In this document: piece after piece, positions 9,337 through 19,399 of the stretch
How positions within the stretch are numbered: the first letter of the stretch is position 1
How the letters are laid out: every line of letters starts with the position of its first letter
Translations under genes and position numbers: made by a program
Notes under the pieces: generated by a model
Seen by the model: the letters and a program-made list of their open reading frames with translations, nothing else
What the model was told of the DNA's origin: nothing
Database searches by the model: none
Origin: an uncultured Alteromonas sp.
Lineage (GTDB): Bacteria; Pseudomonadota; Gammaproteobacteria; Enterobacterales; Alteromonadaceae
NCBI GenBank assembly: GCA_964584105.1
Contig: CAZOYR010000003.1
Span: forward strand, 13,463-77,462
Direction: 5' to 3'
DNA: 64,000 bases

Positions 9337-10129
9337 CGTCCTGCCACATTTCTTCGAGCTCTGCTAAATCAAGCGCTGACAAAGACCGCTTTTGCTCCCT
9401 GGCGCAATGCTCGATATGTCTGAATCGCGTGGTAAATTTGTGACTGGCCTGGCGTAAAGCAGTGTCTGCATCAACATTACAGTGCCGGGCAAGGTTAACC
9501 ATGGCAAACAGCGCATCGCCGATTTCTTCTTCAAGCCGCTGCTGAGAAAACGGCTGGGCATGAACCTCTGCCTCGATTTCATCAATCTCTTCGCGAACTT
9601 TTGCAAGCACAGGTTGCACGGTATCCCAGTCAAAGCCGACTTTTGCACATTGCCTTTGTACCTTATGTGCCAGCTTTAATGCTGGCAAGCCGGAAGGGAT
9701 AGCATCAAAGATACTGTCACCGGCAGAAGCGCTGCTTTTCTCAGAGGCTTTAATGGCTTCCCATTGCGCACTTAAATCCTTTTCATCCACCTGGGTATCG
9801 CCAAATACATGAGGATGACGCCGGACCATTTTATCTGCGATTGCCCGGGCGACAGACTCAAAATCAAACGCGCCGTTCTCACGGGCAATCTGACTGTAAA
9901 ATACGATCTGGAATAACAGGTCGCCCAGCTCTTGCCGCACCGCTTCATTATCGTTAGTGGCAATAGCGTCTGCTACCTCATAGGCCTCTTCAATGGTATA
10001 TCGGGTTAGCGATGCCATGGTTTGCTTTTTATCCCACGGGCAACCGTCCGGAGCCCGCAAGCGGGCCATAATATCCAGCAGCCGGTTTAGCTGAGTGTTA
10101 TCTGGATTATTGTGTTTTTCGCTGTACAT
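9308..10129 (-). CDS. mazG: Nucleoside triphosphate pyrophosphohydrolase MazG
   Basis: GCPWDKKQT, EEAYEV, ELGDLL, RRHPHVF and a second EEIGD domain; follows relA. Confidence 0.96.
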   Translation of the reverse strand: MYSEKHNNPDNTQLNRLLDIMARLRAPDGCPWDKKQTMASLTRYTIEEAYEVADAIATNDNEAVRQELGDLLFQIVFYSQIARENGAFDFESVARAIADKMVRRHPHVFGDTQVDEKDLSAQWEAIKASEKSSASAGDSIFDAIPSGLPALKLAHKVQRQCAKVGFDWDTVQPVLAKVREEIDEIEAEVHAQPFSQQRLEEEIGDALFAMVNLARHCNVDADTALRQASHKFTTRFRHIEHCAREQKRSLSALDLAELEEMWQDAKAAEKNAD

Positions 10130-12281
10130 CCGTGATTCCTTTTAGCTGACGCAGTCGCGTCATCACCCGGGTCAGCGCTTCTAATGTTTTCACTTCAACC
10201 GAAATATCAATGGTGGCGGTCTGACGAGGTTTGTCGCTGGCGCTGTTTACGCTTAGTAATGCAACATTCTCGTTTGCCAGAACGGTTGTAATGTCTCTCA
10301 ACATGCCATCTCTGTCAGCGCAAAAAATAATGAGCATGGCTTCAAAGCCAACTTCCAGTGTGTCTGACCAATTCACTTCAATCAGCCGTTCAGGATGCTG
10401 TTCACTCAAATTCTGCAGTTGCTCACAGGCAGTTTTGTGTACGCTTACACCCCTGCCCTGCGTGATATAGCCGACTATGTCATCGCCAGGAACAGGCTTA
10501 CAGCAATTCGCTAACTGACTCATCAGATGCCCGACACCTTCAACCACCACAGTATCGCTTTTTCCCTTGGAGCCAGCGCTACGCCGGGTTTTGAGCTTAG
10601 GGCTGATTTGCGGTTCTGGCTCAGGTGGACTTAACTGCTGCTGCAGAAAATGCACAACAGACATTACCCGTACATCACCTGCGCCTATGGCGGCATGTAA
10701 ATCATCAAGATGTTGCAGGTTAAACTTTTTAGTCGCCTTTGAAGCCATCTTCAGCGGTACTGCGGCACGTTGCAATTCGCGTTCGAGCAGCTCTTTACCT
10801 GCCTGCTGGTTCTTTTCTTTATCCTGCTTTTTGAAAAACGAATGAATGGTCGCCCGGGCTCGTGACGAATGCACATACCCCAGCCCCGGGTGCATCCAGT
10901 CGCGGCTGGGGTTCAGCGCCTTGCCGGTGTGAACCTCTACCTGATCGCCACTTTGCAACTGATAGGTAAACGGCACAATACGCCCGTTGACTTTGGCGCC
11001 GATGCATCGGTGTCCGACATTACTGTGAATATAATACGCAAAATCCAGCGGCGTCGCGCCTTGCGGTAAGTCGATGACATCACCTTTGGGCGTAAATACA
11101 TACACGCGATCATCAAAGACCTGACTGCGCAGCTCTTCAACCAAATCGCCTGACTCAGCGACCTCTTCCTGCCACTGCAGAATTTTTCGTAACCAGTTGA
11201 TACGATCTTCGGAGCCACTGCCCTTGCCACTGCCGCCCTCTTTATATTTCCAGTGCGCAGCAACGCCTAACTCAGCGTCCTGATGCATTTGCTGTGTGCG
11301 GATCTGAATTTCGACCGGTTTGCCTTCCGGCCCGACAATGACGGTATGAATCGACTGATAACCATTAGCTTTCGGCGTTGCAATATAATCGTCAAACTCT
11401 TTAGGTATGTGCTTATATTTCGCATGCACCACACCCAGGGCGGCATAACAATCCTGTAATCTGTCCGCGATAATCCGCAACGCCCGGATATCGAATAACT
11501 GCTCAAACGTAAGCCGTTTTTTCTGCATTTTTTTCCAGATTGAAAAAATATGCTTGGGGCGCCCGTAGACTTCAGCCTTTATTCCCTGCTCATCCACCAG
11601 CGACTGCAATTCAGCAACGATATTATCAATATACTGTGCTCGCGCCTTACGTTTACCATCTAGCTGTTTAGCAATTTGCTTATAAGTAACTGGATGCAGA
11701 TAGCGAAATGCCAGATCCTCCAGTTCCCATTTCAACTGACCAATGCCCAGACGGTTTGCCAGCGGCGCATAAATCGTGGCGCATTCACGGGCTACCATCA
11801 CCCGTGTTTCTTCATCAGCCTTTTTTACCTGCTGCAGCGCGCATATGCGCTCGGCCATTTTGATAACCACTGCACGCACATCTTCGACCATCGCCAGCAG
11901 CATACGCCGGATACTGTCAATATGTTGCTCGTCAGGCACCTGCTTCATACCCGAACGGCGTGAATGCAACGCTTTAATCGCATCCATTTTTCTTACGCCG
12001 GTAATCAGTTGCTCAACCTTTGCACCAAACTGCGTTTTGATCTGTTCCTCGTCCAGTGCATGCTGATCGCAATAAGGCAGTACCAGGGCCGCCTGTAGCG
12101 TATCGTCATCCATGTTCAGCTGGGCCAGGATCTCTACCATTTCCTGGCCTACCAGCAGACGCTCGGGGGCGCTGGAGATATCACGAAGCTTTTGCTTTGT
12201 CTGCTCGGTTAATGCCAGGCTGTCCAGCCACAGTTCAAAGGGCGGACGTGTGGGTTCGTGTACTTTCCGTGTTGATACCAT
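10107..12281 (-). CDS. relA: (p)ppGpp synthetase RelA
   Basis: APLANRLGIGQLKWELEDL, GRPKHI, EFDDYI, YQSIHT, TGS, CC and ACT domains; degenerate hydrolase motif as expected for RelA. Confidence 0.97.
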   Translation of the reverse strand: MVSTRKVHEPTRPPFELWLDSLALTEQTKQKLRDISSAPERLLVGQEMVEILAQLNMDDDTLQAALVLPYCDQHALDEEQIKTQFGAKVEQLITGVRKMDAIKALHSRRSGMKQVPDEQHIDSIRRMLLAMVEDVRAVVIKMAERICALQQVKKADEETRVMVARECATIYAPLANRLGIGQLKWELEDLAFRYLHPVTYKQIAKQLDGKRKARAQYIDNIVAELQSLVDEQGIKAEVYGRPKHIFSIWKKMQKKRLTFEQLFDIRALRIIADRLQDCYAALGVVHAKYKHIPKEFDDYIATPKANGYQSIHTVIVGPEGKPVEIQIRTQQMHQDAELGVAAHWKYKEGGSGKGSGSEDRINWLRKILQWQEEVAESGDLVEELRSQVFDDRVYVFTPKGDVIDLPQGATPLDFAYYIHSNVGHRCIGAKVNGRIVPFTYQLQSGDQVEVHTGKALNPSRDWMHPGLGYVHSSRARATIHSFFKKQDKEKNQQAGKELLERELQRAAVPLKMASKATKKFNLQHLDDLHAAIGAGDVRVMSVVHFLQQQLSPPEPEPQISPKLKTRRSAGSKGKSDTVVVEGVGHLMSQLANCCKPVPGDDIVGYITQGRGVSVHKTACEQLQNLSEQHPERLIEVNWSDTLEVGFEAMLIIFCADRDGMLRDITTVLANENVALLSVNSASDKPRQTATIDISVEVKTLEALTRVMTRLRQLKGITDVQRKTQ

Positions 12282-12303
12282 TGCTTACCAACTCGCTGAA
12301 TAA

Positions 12304-13635
12304 TTAGTGTTTTGCATATGAAAATAGCGCCATGACTTCAAGATGGCGGGTGTAAGGAAACATCTCAATCAACCCGATTTTTTCAATCTTATAGCCTGCA
12401 TCAAGCATGATTCTGGCATCGCGGGTAAAACTGTTCGGGTTGCAAGAAACGTACAAAACCTGCCTGGTTCTTGCCGCGCCTATTTGTCGGCAGACTTCAG
12501 CAGCCCCTTCCCGCGACGGATCCAGCAGTATTTTGGTAACCCCATGACCTAACGCATTTTTTACGCTGACCGCATCGTTTAAATCCAGATGCTGCCAGGT
12601 GATATTTTCAATGCCTTGTTGTTGTGCGGCGGCCTGCCCCTTTTGCACCATCGACGCTACGCCTTCCACCGCGCAAACATGACCGGCATGACGGGACAGC
12701 GGAAAGCTGAAGTTACCCAGGCCGGCAAACCAGTCGGCTACGGTGTCATCCTTATCAGCAGCAAGCCAGTCAAGCGCCTGCGCGACCATTTTCTCATTAA
12801 CCTGTGCATTTACCTGCACGAAGTCATCCGGCGTTGGGGTCAAATAAAACGCCTCATCCGTTTTACAAATAAGCGTAGCCTCACGGTGTAAGGTTTCAAA
12901 CTCCCCGACCGTATTTTCAATCACAATATTAATTTTTTCATTAATGGCAAATTCCATCAATGCGTCGCGCAGGGCTGCCGGCAGATCACGGGTGGCTTTG
13001 ATGGTAAATTCTGCCACGTTATCGCCGGACAAGGCCTGAATGTGTCCAATATGCTGTATGGCTGAAAATGACATCAGCACGTCGCGCAACGCGGGCATAA
13101 CCGTTTGTAGTTGCTGCTCGAGTACCGGACAGGTGTCTATATCAACAATCGCTTTGCTGTTGGTTTGCCTGAAGCCGATTTTTGCTGCCTTTGGATTGCG
13201 GGCATCCACCGCAAACCGGGCTTTTCTGCGATAGGCCGGTCGCGTGCCGGTAATAGCTGGCTGCCACGGCAAGTCGGTGATATGCAGGTGATGCGCCCAA
13301 TAGTCACTCATGGCCTGTTCCCGCTCGTTCAGGGCGTCCTGAGCACTGATATGCTGAAGCTGGCAACCGCCACACTTTCCGTAATACTGACAAAAGGGAG
13401 CCACCCGAAGAGGACTTGCTTTAAGCACACGTTGCGTCACCGCTTTGCTCACCTGCTTCTGGCTGCTGATCACTTTCACCTTTACCTGCTCGCCAGGAAG
13501 TGCACCTTCAACAAACATGATGGGTTTTTGCGAACGACTAACCCCCACACCATGCATATCCAGGCTGTCCACTGAGACCGTTTTAACAACAGTTTCTTTA
13601 CGTGATTTTTTTGCAGGTTTATAAAAACTGACCAT
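12304..13635 (-). CDS. rlmD: 23S rRNA (uracil-1939-C5)-methyltransferase
   Basis: TRAM domain, C-x5-CGGC Fe-S motif, FVQVN, LDPSREG, YVSCNP; upstream of relA. Confidence 0.93.
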   Translation of the reverse strand: MVSFYKPAKKSRKETVVKTVSVDSLDMHGVGVSRSQKPIMFVEGALPGEQVKVKVISSQKQVSKAVTQRVLKASPLRVAPFCQYYGKCGGCQLQHISAQDALNEREQAMSDYWAHHLHITDLPWQPAITGTRPAYRRKARFAVDARNPKAAKIGFRQTNSKAIVDIDTCPVLEQQLQTVMPALRDVLMSFSAIQHIGHIQALSGDNVAEFTIKATRDLPAALRDALMEFAINEKINIVIENTVGEFETLHREATLICKTDEAFYLTPTPDDFVQVNAQVNEKMVAQALDWLAADKDDTVADWFAGLGNFSFPLSRHAGHVCAVEGVASMVQKGQAAAQQQGIENITWQHLDLNDAVSVKNALGHGVTKILLDPSREGAAEVCRQIGAARTRQVLYVSCNPNSFTRDARIMLDAGYKIEKIGLIEMFPYTRHLEVMALFSYAKH

Positions 13636-13650
13636 AGTTGCCCTGTATAA

Positions 13651-14028
13651 CTAGCCTTCAATAATTACGGTAGCCACCGCATAGTGTTTTTCATCGGAGA
13701 TCGACAGGTGACACCCGTGCGCCCCTTTTTCCTCGAACACAGTCAGCGCCCCCTGTGAAAACGTCAGGAACGGCGCGCCATTCTCGTCATTGTCAACGTG
13801 CATATGCTGCCACGACACACCGCGCCCTATGCCGGTTTGCAATGCTTTGGCCGCGGCTTCTTTAGCGGCAAAGCGCTTGGCCAGATACCTTACAGCATCA
13901 GTATGCTGTTCAAAAAAGGCCTGCTCGGCGGGCGTTAAAATGCGCTGCACAAAACGGGGTTGTCGCCGGATAGTGTCCTCTATGCGAGCAATTTCGACGA
14001 TGTCGGTGCCTATGCCTATGATCGCCAT
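13651..14028 (-). CDS. acpS: Holo-[acyl-carrier-protein] synthase
   Basis: GIGTDIVEIARI, RFAAKEA, LSISDE. Confidence 0.96.
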   Translation of the reverse strand: MAIIGIGTDIVEIARIEDTIRRQPRFVQRILTPAEQAFFEQHTDAVRYLAKRFAAKEAAAKALQTGIGRGVSWQHMHVDNDENGAPFLTFSQGALTVFEEKGAHGCHLSISDEKHYAVATVIIEG

Positions 14029-14777
14029 TAACGGGCTACCGTAGCGGCTATCCTGGCTTCCTGCATCAATGCGCGCATATCTGCCACTGCCTTATGCAAG
14101 CCATCAAACGCGGCGCGAGCGATAATCGCATGACCAATGTTAAGCTCAACAATTTGAGGAATAGCGGCGATAGCCTTTACATTATGATAATGCAGGCCAT
14201 GACCTGCATTAACTCTGATGCCCGCCTCATGCGCGTACTGAATGCCCGCCTTGAGCCGGGTCAGTTCATTGTGCGCCTGTATCTCATTGGTTGCTTCAGC
14301 GTACTGACCGGTATGAATTTCAATGTAAGGCGCACCACACTCCAGAGCGGCATCAATCTGCGCCTGGTCTGCATCAATAAATAAAGAAACCGCAATCCCG
14401 GCGTCTTTTAAGCGGGCGCACGCCGCTTTTGTCTGAGCCAGGTTTCCGGCCACATCAAGGCCGCCTTCTGTTGTCAGTTCCTGACGTTTTTCGGGCACCA
14501 GGCAGCAAAACGCGGGCTGGGTTTTCTCTGCAATGACCAACATTTCATCGGTGATAGCCATTTCTAGATTAAGGCGGGTATTGATAGTTTGTGCCAGTAA
14601 GGCGACATCTCTGTCTTTAATGTGACGACGATCTTCGCGCAAATGTACAGTAATGCCGTCAGCACCGGCGCGCTCTGCCACATCGGCCGCATGCACAGGA
14701 TCCGGATAATTTGTCCCCCGCGCATTTCTCAGCGTTGCAATATGGTCAATATTCACACCCAGTAAAATGTCACTCAT
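14028..14777 (-). CDS. pdxJ: Pyridoxine 5'-phosphate synthase
   Basis: [37 protein letters not shown]. Confidence 0.98.
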   Translation of the reverse strand: MSDILLGVNIDHIATLRNARGTNYPDPVHAADVAERAGADGITVHLREDRRHIKDRDVALLAQTINTRLNLEMAITDEMLVIAEKTQPAFCCLVPEKRQELTTEGGLDVAGNLAQTKAACARLKDAGIAVSLFIDADQAQIDAALECGAPYIEIHTGQYAEATNEIQAHNELTRLKAGIQYAHEAGIRVNAGHGLHYHNVKAIAAIPQIVELNIGHAIIARAAFDGLHKAVADMRALMQEARIAATVAR

Positions 14778-14843
14778 TCCGTCTCTTCCGATGCCATCAG
14801 TTAAAGCAGCAGTGTAACGAAAAAAGGCGCACGGCGGCAGGGT

Positions 14844-15539
14844 TTAACGAAATAATTCGCGGCTTTTGAGCGGCTTGTCACCTAATAGCAGATGAAGTGC
14901 CTGCCGGGTGATAATTTTTGCCGTTTTACGCGCCGGCGTTGTCCAGTCGCCCTGCGCCATATCAATAAGCCCCTGTCCGGGAAATCGTCCGCGCTGGATG
15001 TGTGCAGGTGCTGTAACAATGCCCTGTTCAGCAACAAAAATGTACCAAAGCCCCGCCTGCACCGGTTGATCGCTAGCCGCATCGTTGAGCCAGTCCGGTA
15101 ACAGCCCCATCTCTTCAAGCAACGCAAACTCAAATTGCCGTAAAATGACATCTTCCTCGCGGTGCTGCTCACTAAGCAGAACCAGTGCCAGCTGATACTG
15201 AGAAAATAACGCATCACTGGCCAGCCCCGCTGGCATCACACGGTTTATCAGCTCATTAAGGTACATGGCACAGAAGAGCGCTTTTCCTGTCAGGCGATGA
15301 GAAGGCCCGGCGCTCTCAATCTGATTAAGGTTTTTTAACTCTGACTTGCCAGAAAGCTGAATACGCACCGGACCGAAAGGCTGTAGCAAACTTTTACGAT
15401 CTGACTTACTGTTTTTAACGCCTTTTGCCACAGCAGACACCCGCCCCTGCGCAAGCGTGAAAAAATCGACCAGGTAGCTGGTTTCCCGGTAAGAGCGGCG
15501 ATGTAACACATATGCATCCAGCCAAAGCGCTTCAGGCAT
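14844..15539 (-). CDS. recO: DNA repair protein RecO
   Basis: AYVLHRRSYRETS...LLQPF...YLNEL...LRQFE...KPLKSRELF. Confidence 0.95.
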   Translation of the reverse strand: MPEALWLDAYVLHRRSYRETSYLVDFFTLAQGRVSAVAKGVKNSKSDRKSLLQPFGPVRIQLSGKSELKNLNQIESAGPSHRLTGKALFCAMYLNELINRVMPAGLASDALFSQYQLALVLLSEQHREEDVILRQFEFALLEEMGLLPDWLNDAASDQPVQAGLWYIFVAEQGIVTAPAHIQRGRFPGQGLIDMAQGDWTTPARKTAKIITRQALHLLLGDKPLKSRELFR

Positions 15540-15544
15540 TGCTT

Positions 15545-15820
15545 TCAGGCCCGCTTAATACGAACAACTTTCATCTGTTCAAAGGCGATACCGGCGATGT
15601 CTTCTTCATGCCGGTAATAGGTCAGATTAACCGTGGCGCCCTTTAATGTACGATAGTTACCTTTGCGGCGAAAAATAAAAGGGACATCATAACCATCAAG
15701 CATGATCGTATGCCGGATCCATTCTCCCTCTTCACGCTGTACATGAGACACCACTTTAACCCCGTCACTGTGGATAAGGCTGGCATGTTTGTCGGTCAGG
15801 GTCTTGGGATCAGTGTTCAT
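15545..15820 (-). CDS. Small hypothetical protein (beta-rich, possibly OB-fold)
   Basis: 91-aa ORF that fills the recJ-recO gap; the start overlaps the recJ end and the stop lies 5 nt before recO. Composition is protein-like. Confidence 0.7.
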   Translation of the reverse strand: MNTDPKTLTDKHASLIHSDGVKVVSHVQREEGEWIRHTIMLDGYDVPFIFRRKGNYRTLKGATVNLTYYRHEEDIAGIAFEQMKVVRIKRA

Positions 15821-17537
15821 AAGGGGCAATCTCCTGAACCATCAATTGCACCGTTTCCTGCCCGCGAAATGCATTAACCTCCAATTGATAAACGAGCTGT
15901 ACATAGCGGGACTGATAATTTGGCCAGACTGATGTATCCACATTAAAGGCAATGGCATCCACCTCTTCGCCAGAATCAAGTTTTAAAGCCAGTTTAAGGT
16001 GCTTTTCTTTCAGTAACCGCTGACTGGCAATCTCAAAAACACCATCAAACGCGGGCGCCTCAAATCCCTGACCAAAAGGAACAGCCTGCTTTAGTAAACG
16101 CGCCACACTTAATGACATCTCATCAACATGCAGCGCACCATCGGTAACAATACGCTGCAAGTCGCCCACACGGGCAAGATGGGTCGCGACCACATCATCG
16201 AATGTCTGCTGAAAAACCGTCAGAGACGTCAAAGGCAAACTTAATCCGGCAGCCATGGCGTGTCCGCCAAACTTAGGGATAAGTCCCGGTTGGCGAGTAT
16301 TAACCTCTTCCAGAACGTCACGTATATGCACGCCATTTACCGAACGGGCAGACCCCTTTATGGTATCTTCGTCCTGATGAGCAAAGGCAATCGTCGGACG
16401 TTTGTATTTATCTTTAATGCGCCCTGCAACAATGCCAATTACGCCCTGATGAAAATCCTTTTGATACACCACCAGCCCTGCTGGCAGGCTGGATGCATTC
16501 ACCGACACTGCAGCAATGGCTGCTTCGGCTTCCTCTTTCATTTCTGACTCAATGGTCCGGCGCTGTTGATTCAACCGGTCCAGCTCCGTTGCCATATAAC
16601 GCGCCTGCATAACATCCTCGCAAAGCAGGCATTCTATGCCCAGCGCCATATCATCCAAACGGCCTGCCGCATTGAGCCGGGGACCGACAACAAATCCCAG
16701 GTCAGAAGCGCTGATGTTGTCTGGCTGTCTGCCCGCGACCTCCAGCAACGCGCGGATCCCGGGACGGCATCGCCCGGCTCTGATCCGCTGCAGCCCCTGG
16801 TGCACCAGAATGCGGTTGTTCTTATCAAGTACCACGACGTCGGCAACGGTCCCCACCGCGACAATATCCAATAAATCGGCCAGGTTTGGCGGCATCATAC
16901 CGTGTTGCTCAAACCACTGTTTTTGCTGTAGCCGGGCACGGACAGCGAGCATCAGGTAAAAGGCGACGCCGACACCCGCCAGGTGCTTGGACATGAAGTC
17001 ACAGTCCGCCTGATTCGGATTCACAATCGCATCAGCCTGTGGCAACTCTGCCCCGGGTAGGTGGTGATCGGTAACAATCACGGTGGCGCCACGAGCCTTT
17101 GCCCGGTTCACACCATCCAGACACGCAATACCATTATCGACAGTGAGAATAACGTCGGCGCCATCGTCACAGGCAACATCCACAATTTCAGGGCTTAACC
17201 CATAGCCAAAATCAAAGCGATTAGGCACAAGATAAGCAATATTCTGCAGCCCCATCTGACGCAGCCCCAACATGCACACTGCGGTACTGGTGGCACCATC
17301 TGCATCAAAGTCGCCGACAATAATCACACGCTGTTGTTCAGCGATAGCCGTATGCAGCAATGCTGCTGCCTGCTCAATGCCCTTGAGATTTTCATAGTGA
17401 CAAAGTGCATTGACCCGGGTGTCCAGTTCGTCCGCTGAAGTGACATTACGGCCCCGATAGACCCTGTCCAGCACAGGATGTAGTGTGTCGCCAAGCGACC
17501 CAGCCTGTAATTCACGTCGGATTATTGCCAGTCCCAT
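15810..17537 (-). CDS. recJ: ssDNA-specific exonuclease RecJ
   Basis: GDFDADG, TVDNG, TDHH, GPRLNAAGR, FGGHAMAAG (DHH/DHHA1). Confidence 0.98.
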   Translation of the reverse strand: MGLAIIRRELQAGSLGDTLHPVLDRVYRGRNVTSADELDTRVNALCHYENLKGIEQAAALLHTAIAEQQRVIIVGDFDADGATSTAVCMLGLRQMGLQNIAYLVPNRFDFGYGLSPEIVDVACDDGADVILTVDNGIACLDGVNRAKARGATVIVTDHHLPGAELPQADAIVNPNQADCDFMSKHLAGVGVAFYLMLAVRARLQQKQWFEQHGMMPPNLADLLDIVAVGTVADVVVLDKNNRILVHQGLQRIRAGRCRPGIRALLEVAGRQPDNISASDLGFVVGPRLNAAGRLDDMALGIECLLCEDVMQARYMATELDRLNQQRRTIESEMKEEAEAAIAAVSVNASSLPAGLVVYQKDFHQGVIGIVAGRIKDKYKRPTIAFAHQDEDTIKGSARSVNGVHIRDVLEEVNTRQPGLIPKFGGHAMAAGLSLPLTSLTVFQQTFDDVVATHLARVGDLQRIVTDGALHVDEMSLSVARLLKQAVPFGQGFEAPAFDGVFEIASQRLLKEKHLKLALKLDSGEEVDAIAFNVDTSVWPNYQSRYVQLVYQLEVNAFRGQETVQLMVQEIAPYEH

Positions 17538-17679
17538 GCAGGTACACCTTTATGATATTACTGATAAGAGAAGATAAGTGTTCCGTCGCTATTTTAGCGG
17601 GAAATAGCGTGCGGGACTACAGTTTGAGGAAGGTCAGCGCCGAAATGTTGCCGGCGCTGTTTAGCAAAGAAACGGTAGG

Positions 17680-18384
17680 TTATTCTGCGTCCAGGGCCTG
17701 AGAGAGCATACCCGCAGGCTGGTAACCAGGTATCAGCGTACCATCGTCAAGAATAATATTGGGCGTACCGGTAACCCCCACAGACTGGCCAAACTGATAC
17801 TGCTCTGCCACGGTGTTTTCACATTGTGTCGGTGCGATGTCCTTATCCTGTTTGGCATCAGTCAGTGCCGCTTTCGTATCATCAGCACACCACACAGACA
17901 CCATCTCTTTGTAGGTCGGTGAGTTCAGGCCATTACGCGGAAAGGCAAGATAGTTTACCGTAATGCCCAGCGCATTTAGCTGGTCAATTTCCTTGTGCAT
18001 TTTGCGGCAGTAACCGCAGGTAGTGTCTGTAAAAACGGTAATTTCATGCTTTTCATTTTTTGCCTCAAAACGAATCGCATCATCTTTAAACTTTTTAATA
18101 CCGTCCAGACGCATATCTGCCAGCGCAGACTCGGTAATATTCTGCATACCATTTTGCATATCAAAAATACGGGCCTGCATGAAATAGCGACCGTTATCAC
18201 TGACATAAAATAGGCCACGGTCTGTGGTTGCCTGTTTGAGCCCCTCTACCGGCGAGTCCGCCAGCGCTGTTACATTCATACCCAGGACATTTTCCAGTTT
18301 TTGCTTAAGGGCATCATCCTGCGCGTACGCGACGCTTATCGACGCCGTTGTGAGGGCCAGAATGCTAATCAGTTTCTTAATCAC
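17680..18384 (-). CDS. dsbC: Thiol:disulfide isomerase DsbC
   Basis: Signal peptide, CGYC active site, GTP cis-Pro loop; xerD-dsbC-recJ context. Confidence 0.95.
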   Translation of the reverse strand: MIKKLISILALTTASISVAYAQDDALKQKLENVLGMNVTALADSPVEGLKQATTDRGLFYVSDNGRYFMQARIFDMQNGMQNITESALADMRLDGIKKFKDDAIRFEAKNEKHEITVFTDTTCGYCRKMHKEIDQLNALGITVNYLAFPRNGLNSPTYKEMVSVWCADDTKAALTDAKQDKDIAPTQCENTVAEQYQFGQSVGVTGTPNIILDDGTLIPGYQPAGMLSQALDAE

Positions 18385-18484
18385 AATTTCTCCTTACTCG
18401 GTCACTTAGTCTACAGACCGGTAATCTCACTTTTTACTTTCAATTTTAATGCATACTACCACAGGATAACTGAACACCAAGTTG

Positions 18485-19396
18485 TCAGCCACGGGGATGG
18501 TGCGTCTGAATCAGGTTCTGCAGTCGCTCTGTTGCCACATGTGTGTAAATCTGGGTGGTGGATAAGTCGCTGTGGCCCAGCAACATCTGAACAACACGCA
18601 GATCTGCGCCATGGTTAAGCAAGTGTGTGGCGAAGGCATGACGCAATGTGTGTGGCGAAAGGTGCTCTGTGATACCGGCTCGCACCGCATATTGCTTGAT
18701 GCGATGCCAGAATGTCTGGCGTGTCATCTTCTGTCCGCGACGGCTCAAAAATAATATATCACTGGTTTGTTTTACCAGCGCTGGTCTGGCGTGGCGCAGG
18801 TAACTGTCAATCCAGTCCATAGCATCTTCGCCCAGCGGCACCAGGCGCTCTTTGTTACCCTTTCCTGTCACCCGCACAACGCCCTGAACAAGGCTCACTT
18901 GCTCCATGGTCAGGCCGGTCAGTTCGCTCACCCGCAACCCGGTGGCGTACAGTACTTCCAACATGCACCGGTCACGATGCTCAACATCATCTTCTGTGTC
19001 CGGCGCATTTAACAATGCTTCTATTTGCGCTTCGCTCAACGATGCCGGCAGTCGCTGTGGCGTTTTAGGGTTACTTAGCACCGAGACCGGATTATCCGGC
19101 CGCACGTGGGTGGCAATAAGGTAATTAAAGAAGGCGCGCATCGCACTCATACATCGCTGAGTGCTGCGTGTCGACAGACCGCTATCGTGACGATGCCACA
19201 GATAGTCCTGAATCATCTCCGTCGTTAAGCGATCAATGGCACAAAAAGACTGCTGCTGGCAAAATAACGCCAGCTTGGTCAAATCGGTACGGTAACTTTG
19301 TTGTGTATGGTCGCTCAGGCCTTTTTCCAGCCACAACATTTGGATAAAACTGTCAATCAATTCCCGGTTGTCGTCGGTTAACTGCACCTGCCCCAC
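18485..19396 (-). CDS. xerD: Site-specific tyrosine recombinase XerD
   Basis: LYATGLRVSEL, GKGNKERLVP, SPHTLRHAFATHLLNHGADLRVVQMLLGH, TTQIYTHV. Confidence 0.97.
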   Translation of the reverse strand: MGQVQLTDDNRELIDSFIQMLWLEKGLSDHTQQSYRTDLTKLALFCQQQSFCAIDRLTTEMIQDYLWHRHDSGLSTRSTQRCMSAMRAFFNYLIATHVRPDNPVSVLSNPKTPQRLPASLSEAQIEALLNAPDTEDDVEHRDRCMLEVLYATGLRVSELTGLTMEQVSLVQGVVRVTGKGNKERLVPLGEDAMDWIDSYLRHARPALVKQTSDILFLSRRGQKMTRQTFWHRIKQYAVRAGITEHLSPHTLRHAFATHLLNHGADLRVVQMLLGHSDLSTTQIYTHVATERLQNLIQTHHPRG

Positions 19397-19399
19397 TGA

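Noticed and set aside
18485-19396. Tyrosine recombinase as a possible prophage or island integrase
   Set aside because: It has XerD-specific motifs and the canonical xerD-dsbC-recJ context; no att repeats, tRNA or cargo genes are nearby.
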